NCBI GenBank assembly: GCA_002269645.1
Contig: NIVC01003369.1
Location: 37,455-101,454, forward strand
Reading direction: 5' to 3'
Source: Macrostomum lignano
Lineage: Eukaryota
Length of the DNA: 64,000 nucleotides
Under the pieces are notes generated by a model. The model did not search any database and was not told the origin of the DNA. It worked only from the letters and a program-made list of their open reading frames with translations. Position 1 is the stretch's first letter; each line of letters opens with the position of its first letter. Position numbers and translations under genes: made by a program. Of this stretch, positions 59,646 through 64,000 are shown piece by piece.

Positions 59646-62600
59646 TCAAGGCATCGGGGCGCGAAATCTCTTTGTTTGTTGCTCCGTCGAGTCCCTGATG
59701 ACGGCCTTGGACGTCGCAGGTCTGGTTGCGGAGAACACCGCTGTGTACACTGTGTGGCTGGAGGAAAGAGGACGGGCGGCAATGTGACTTGCATGAGCTT
59801 ACACTGGTTTACGGATACCATGTGCCCACTCAGCTGAATCCAAATCACATACAGGATGTGTATCTGTGCGCTCACTTCAGGCCTTGGGAGCTGACGGTCG
59901 TGAGCGTGGATCGCACAAGTCACAGGCCCATTCTCATACTACGTTATCCATAGAATTTAGCACAGCAAATGCTTTTCACGGTAACTGAAGTACTGTCTAC
60001 ACTGGTTGAGTCGCAAAAAAAATGAGTTTAATGAAATTCTCACTTGTTGTTTACCGGTGGCACGGACAGCACATTAAAGAGTCCCTCAAGGCTCAACCTG
60101 GCCTGACCCAGGCTATTCATGGCCTTGATTGCCGGGTCGCTGCAATGACAACGAAGTTCAACGCTGACGCATATGGTTGTGTTGGAAGCATCAGTACACT
60201 TTCAGAAAGCCATCTTACCGTCTGTCATCACCTGGCGGTGGCGGCATCCATGGGTCATAGTTGGTTTCAACAATGAACCACCTGTGCAATCAGGAGGGAT
60301 TTTTACTTCATTAGCCTTTTCGATTGCTGAGATTTCGAGTTCATGTGCAGTGTGCGAACTACTCACTTGCCAGACTTCTGGTCCAGCTGGTTTGTGCCAA
60401 GCGTTTTGTACTGCGTGCGCACCAGCACGATGCCCTGGTCGGTCTGGTTGCCAGAGATGATGTAATACACCGGGGCGATCAGCTGAGCGGATGACAGGCG
60501 GCTCACCACACTGGCAAAGTCCGTGTCCTGCTCGAAGGCCTGGGAAAAATAAAGTGAAAAGTAAATGCATGTTAAAGTACATGGCATTCGAGACCGTCCT
60601 TCTCTACATCGCTGAGGCGTGGACTCCGACGAGGCACCTTCAAACTTGGCGAACTCCATCCACATGGAGTTTTACTGCCCACAACCAGATGCTGATGATG
60701 ATGACGTACGCAGTTTGCACTGCCAGCAAGGGGAAGCGCAGTCAAACTGCTTTAAGCAAAAAATTTATGCAGTGCCATTTGCTGCATCAGGCGCTGTTTA
60801 CCTGCAGCAGAAAATTGCTCCCTTGAAAACCCTGTCTCAAAAGCTGCGAGAAAACGAGATAGAAAGACAGTTATTTTGGATGGATGGAAGCACAATGTCC
60901 CGCCATGTGCTCCAGGCAGACGATGCATCTGCAATCTGCATAAACAAAAGCGGAGACCTGCACTGCCGCATCAGATGGCTGAGAGACAATAAGCCAGCAT
61001 CGGGCTGCCTAGCAGGGCTCGAGTTACGGCCTGGTGAATTCCATTACTACCGGCGCATCCGGCTCTCGACAGCAACGATTAGGCTTTCAATAAGCTATCC
61101 ATCGTCACAATCAGTAGAACTGCGAACGTGGCTTGCAATTGCTTTATGCAGAGCATTGTGTGAGTATCCTTCCGCAACGGCTTGGGCAACCTTCCAAAGT
61201 CAGTGACTGTATGCGCATACACCTTTTCCCGTTCAATTTCAACAAATATGCAATACAATTCAGACAACTCGAAATTCATTTTCGATAATCTTTTTTTATA
61301 CTTTCAATTGGACTTTCAAATTAGACAAAGCAAACCTCGATTTAGACACCAGACATTCATTTTAGACAGCGGATATTCCATTTTTAAACAGTTTCTCAGT
61401 CAGAGCAATTTGTCTATGGTAAAAATTTAAGTCCTAAGGCAAAGCTCACATTCAATTTCGACAACTGTAATGCAATTTAGACACACTCATCTTAAGTACA
61501 GGGATGCCCACCTGTACTGGCGGCGAACTTTGCGTCCAAAGTTAAAGCTAAAGTGAAGTGAAAGTGAAGCTTTGCGTCCACACCAAGCTGATCGCAATCG
61601 ACCACTTGTGGGACCAGGCGATTAGAAACATTTATACGCCACATCCGGGTCACTCTAGGATCGGATTTACTTTAGGCTCGATTCTCTAGAATTCCTTTAC
61701 TCCATGGAAGCGCGAGGAAAGCACCTGGATGAGATGCCTCGGTGTTTCTAGTCGAACGTGTTCGCCAAGTTTGCACTCTGCATCTGCAAAGGCAATAATC
61801 GCAAAACAGTACCTTATTGAAGTCAATTTGGAGATCCGATAGGTCGTCACGTCAGGCTGATGATGAAAAAGAAATCTGTTGGATTTTTGTACCTCGAAAC
61901 AGCTTAGAAAGCAGCTTATTCAGGTGTAGTAGTATAGTAGTAGCGACGCGCAGAGGCCTCAAAGACACTAGCGCACAAGCGCTCGCAAAAAACCTAGGAG
62001 GGAAAGCGCATGGCCTCGCTGGAAGTCAGGTACAGGACGCGCAGATCGTCAATAAAAGTGCCAAGGAGGGTCACGCTGCCGGCTCGTCCTCGGCAAATCC
62101 CTCCTGAGCTGGGTCGGCAACAGCGGCTGCCAGCGGGTTGTCTTCTCCCCGTCTGTGCCTCCAGGTGTAGCTGTGAAGAACTTCCTGACGGAATCGTTGA
62201 TCTAGAACCTGCTTTGGTGGCCTCCGTCAGGAACTATTTCGACGTCTTCCAAATGGAACTATTTTGACCGTTCATTTGCTTTTTTATATACTAGTCTGCG
62301 CAATGAGTTGCTTTGGAATGACGACCTGCATCAAGCCAATGCGACATACGAAAATCAGCGGGGCTTACCAAGCGGGTCATCATTGTCACAGGGTAGAGCT
62401 TGCCTCCGTTCAGCAGTTCCTGCAGAGCCGACACGATGTTGTTGATGAAGTTTCCTTTGTCTGCAAAGACGCAGTGCAGTGTGTGTTGAGACTACCCGAA
62501 AAAGCTTAGAACTACATGCCTGAGAATGTTAGAGTGGCAGCTTGGAACATAGTGAGCGGTTTAGAACCAAGTCACTAAGATTGAAGATTTACAGTCAAAC

Positions 62601-63520
62601 TCAAAAGAGAAAACTTAGAATACGGAGATATTTTTAGAACACGGCGAGTGAAATTATAGCGCTTTTAATGTGGATGAACTACTGCGAGTAGTGCTGTGAA
62701 AATGTGGAAAACAATTTAAAAAGTCATCACTACGCGCCTCTCTCGTTGACGGTAATGGCGAACTGGTGCGGCTTCCAGCCGGTGAGGATGCCCGCATAGC
62801 CCGCAAAGGAGACGGCGGAATAAAGCAGCTGAAATGGCGGGTATTTTCTGTACGCGATATTTATTTATGATATCGGGGTTCTTGCTTGAGCAACACCAGT
62901 GGTTACCTTGCCTCTCTATAAAAGTCGACCCTGATGGTGACCTTCTCCAGCATGTCAGTCTGGGGCATCGTGTTGCCGTAGTCCAAATTTCTTCCGTGCC
63001 AGAGGCCGCCGTTCCGGTCGTTGGCGATGATGCCGGTGCAGAAGCTGCAGCAAAAAGGGCAGATTTGATTGCTGGAAGAACTTTCTGGCTGCGGTTGCCT
63101 GACGAGTTTGCTAGCTGGTTTCTAGGAAACTAAGACTGGGTTCAAGCAATGCGTGTACAGTTGGTTTTATACTGGTATTTAATGCTTATTTCGGTTTGCG
63201 TGTCTCCAGGAGTGACAAACTGATCCAGCATCCATTTAGAAGAGGCAAAAGCCTACGCGGTGACATCGTAGATCAGATTGAGCAGCACGATGTCTCCGAG
63301 TGACGCATTCACCGTCTTCGAAATGCCTAAAAAGTGCATTAGTTATTGGGATCATCTAATTTGGTTGAGGCAGGGTTGAACTGCTAAACAGGGTATTTTA
63401 CATTGGTGCATTCGAAGGTTCCTCTCACCTAACAACTCCGCTCCATAGTCGGCCGGCAGGTGGGTGTCCAAATCTGCAGCAATTACGTCTGCCAGGTACT
63501 TCAACTCCAGAGGTACTGAT
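59646..63520 (-). CDS. NAAA: N-acylethanolamine acid amidase/acid ceramidase-like Ntn hydrolase, 5' part outside the window; exons 63520-63429, 63326-63257, 63044-62907, 62828-62738, 62460-62369, 60539-60367, 60281-60219, 60139-60044, 59757-59646
   Basis: NLIYDVTAF|CTGIIA (catalytic N-terminal Cys); HGRNLDY; FAGYAGILTGWKPHQFAITVNERDKG; LIAPVYYIISG; WFIVETNYDPW..PP..DDRR; TVYTAVFS. One apparent -1 frameshift (~62913) and one GC donor (62737). The NAAA vs ASAH1 assignment is from recalled motifs. Confidence 0.9.
60575..60720 (+). mobile_element. Decayed LINE fragment (region following the RT domain), antisense in an NAAA intron
   Basis: FETVLLYIAEAWTPT resembles the ETVLLYxxExWTL motif downstream of non-LTR RTs; followed by a short (GAT)n run. 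Confidence 0.5.
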
Positions 63521-63659
63521 CTGAAAATTTTCTGTGTTATCTTCGTGGGCGAATACACATTATAATCCTATAAATGGGCGAATTTTGTTTAAATGCGTTT
63601 CCATAGCACCCAACACGACCATTCCTTTGCCCCAACCCCTAATGATCTGAAAACTGAGC

Positions 63660-64000
63660 CTCCAATGTACACTCACTATTCACTGAAACCTCTGCCCCGA
63701 ATGTACACTCACTATTCACTGAAACCTCTGCCCCGAATGTACACTCACTATTCACTGAAACCTCTGCCCCGAATGTACACTCACTATTCACTGAAACCTC
63801 TGCCCCGAATGTACACTCACTATTCACTGAAACCTCTGCCCCGAATGTACACTCACTATTCACTGAAACCTCTGCCCCGAATGTACACTCACTATTTACT
63901 GAAACAAACCTCTGCCCCGAATTTACACTCACTATTCACTGACTCTGCCCCGAATGTACACTCACTATTTACTGAAACATCTGGGCCTCGAATGTACACT
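63660..64000. repeat. 36-bp minisatellite in an NAAA intron, extends past the window end
   Basis: Unit CTGAAACCTCTGCCCCGAATGTACACTCACTATTCA. Confidence 0.96.

Noticed and set aside
61817-62267. GC-rich, coding-looking stretch inside the long NAAA intron
   Set aside because: No frame gave a recognisable motif; it may be a decayed transposon but cannot be supported from sequence alone.
7785-64000. CRISPR-like appearance of regular arrays
   Set aside because: Units are head-to-tail with no unique spacers, no cas genes are present, and the context is eukaryotic.

Overview
Eukaryotic, intron-containing animal DNA. The GC3-rich, Ala-rich exons, minisatellite-filled introns, innexin type and LINE fragments suggest a free-living flatworm such as Macrostomum (inference, no database check). 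I reconstructed 11 spliced or single-exon genes by hand from splice sites and reading phase: a Bcl-2 family protein (-), an innexin with a very long acidic tail (+), FUZ (-, start exon not found), TMEM167B/kish (+), a PAP2/PLPP lipid phosphatase (+), a DEG/ENaC channel (+), SLC26A11-like with 14 exons (+), PIAS SUMO E3 ligase (-), a temptin-like secreted protein (-), a PMP22/claudin-like tetraspan (+) and NAAA-like (-, 5' end outside the window). Mobile DNA comprises two tRNA-derived SINE families (one CORE-like, one inserted into an inverted copy of itself with a 13-bp TSD), two hAT-type MITEs with 8-bp TSDs, and two decayed LINE RT fragments. About 35 tandem arrays account for most long ORFs in the supplied track; these ORFs are artefacts. 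Main leads: (1) sporadic variants in many unrelated arrays are repeatedly CpA>TpA or TpG>TpA, a RIP-like signature, and there are TpA-rich islands; (2) nearly every intron longer than ~300 bp is filled by a minisatellite, often starting at the splice donor, and one array is an amplified exon/donor junction; (3) four single-base frameshifts occur in otherwise intact genes, most likely assembly errors. No CRISPR, rRNA or functional tRNA gene was found.
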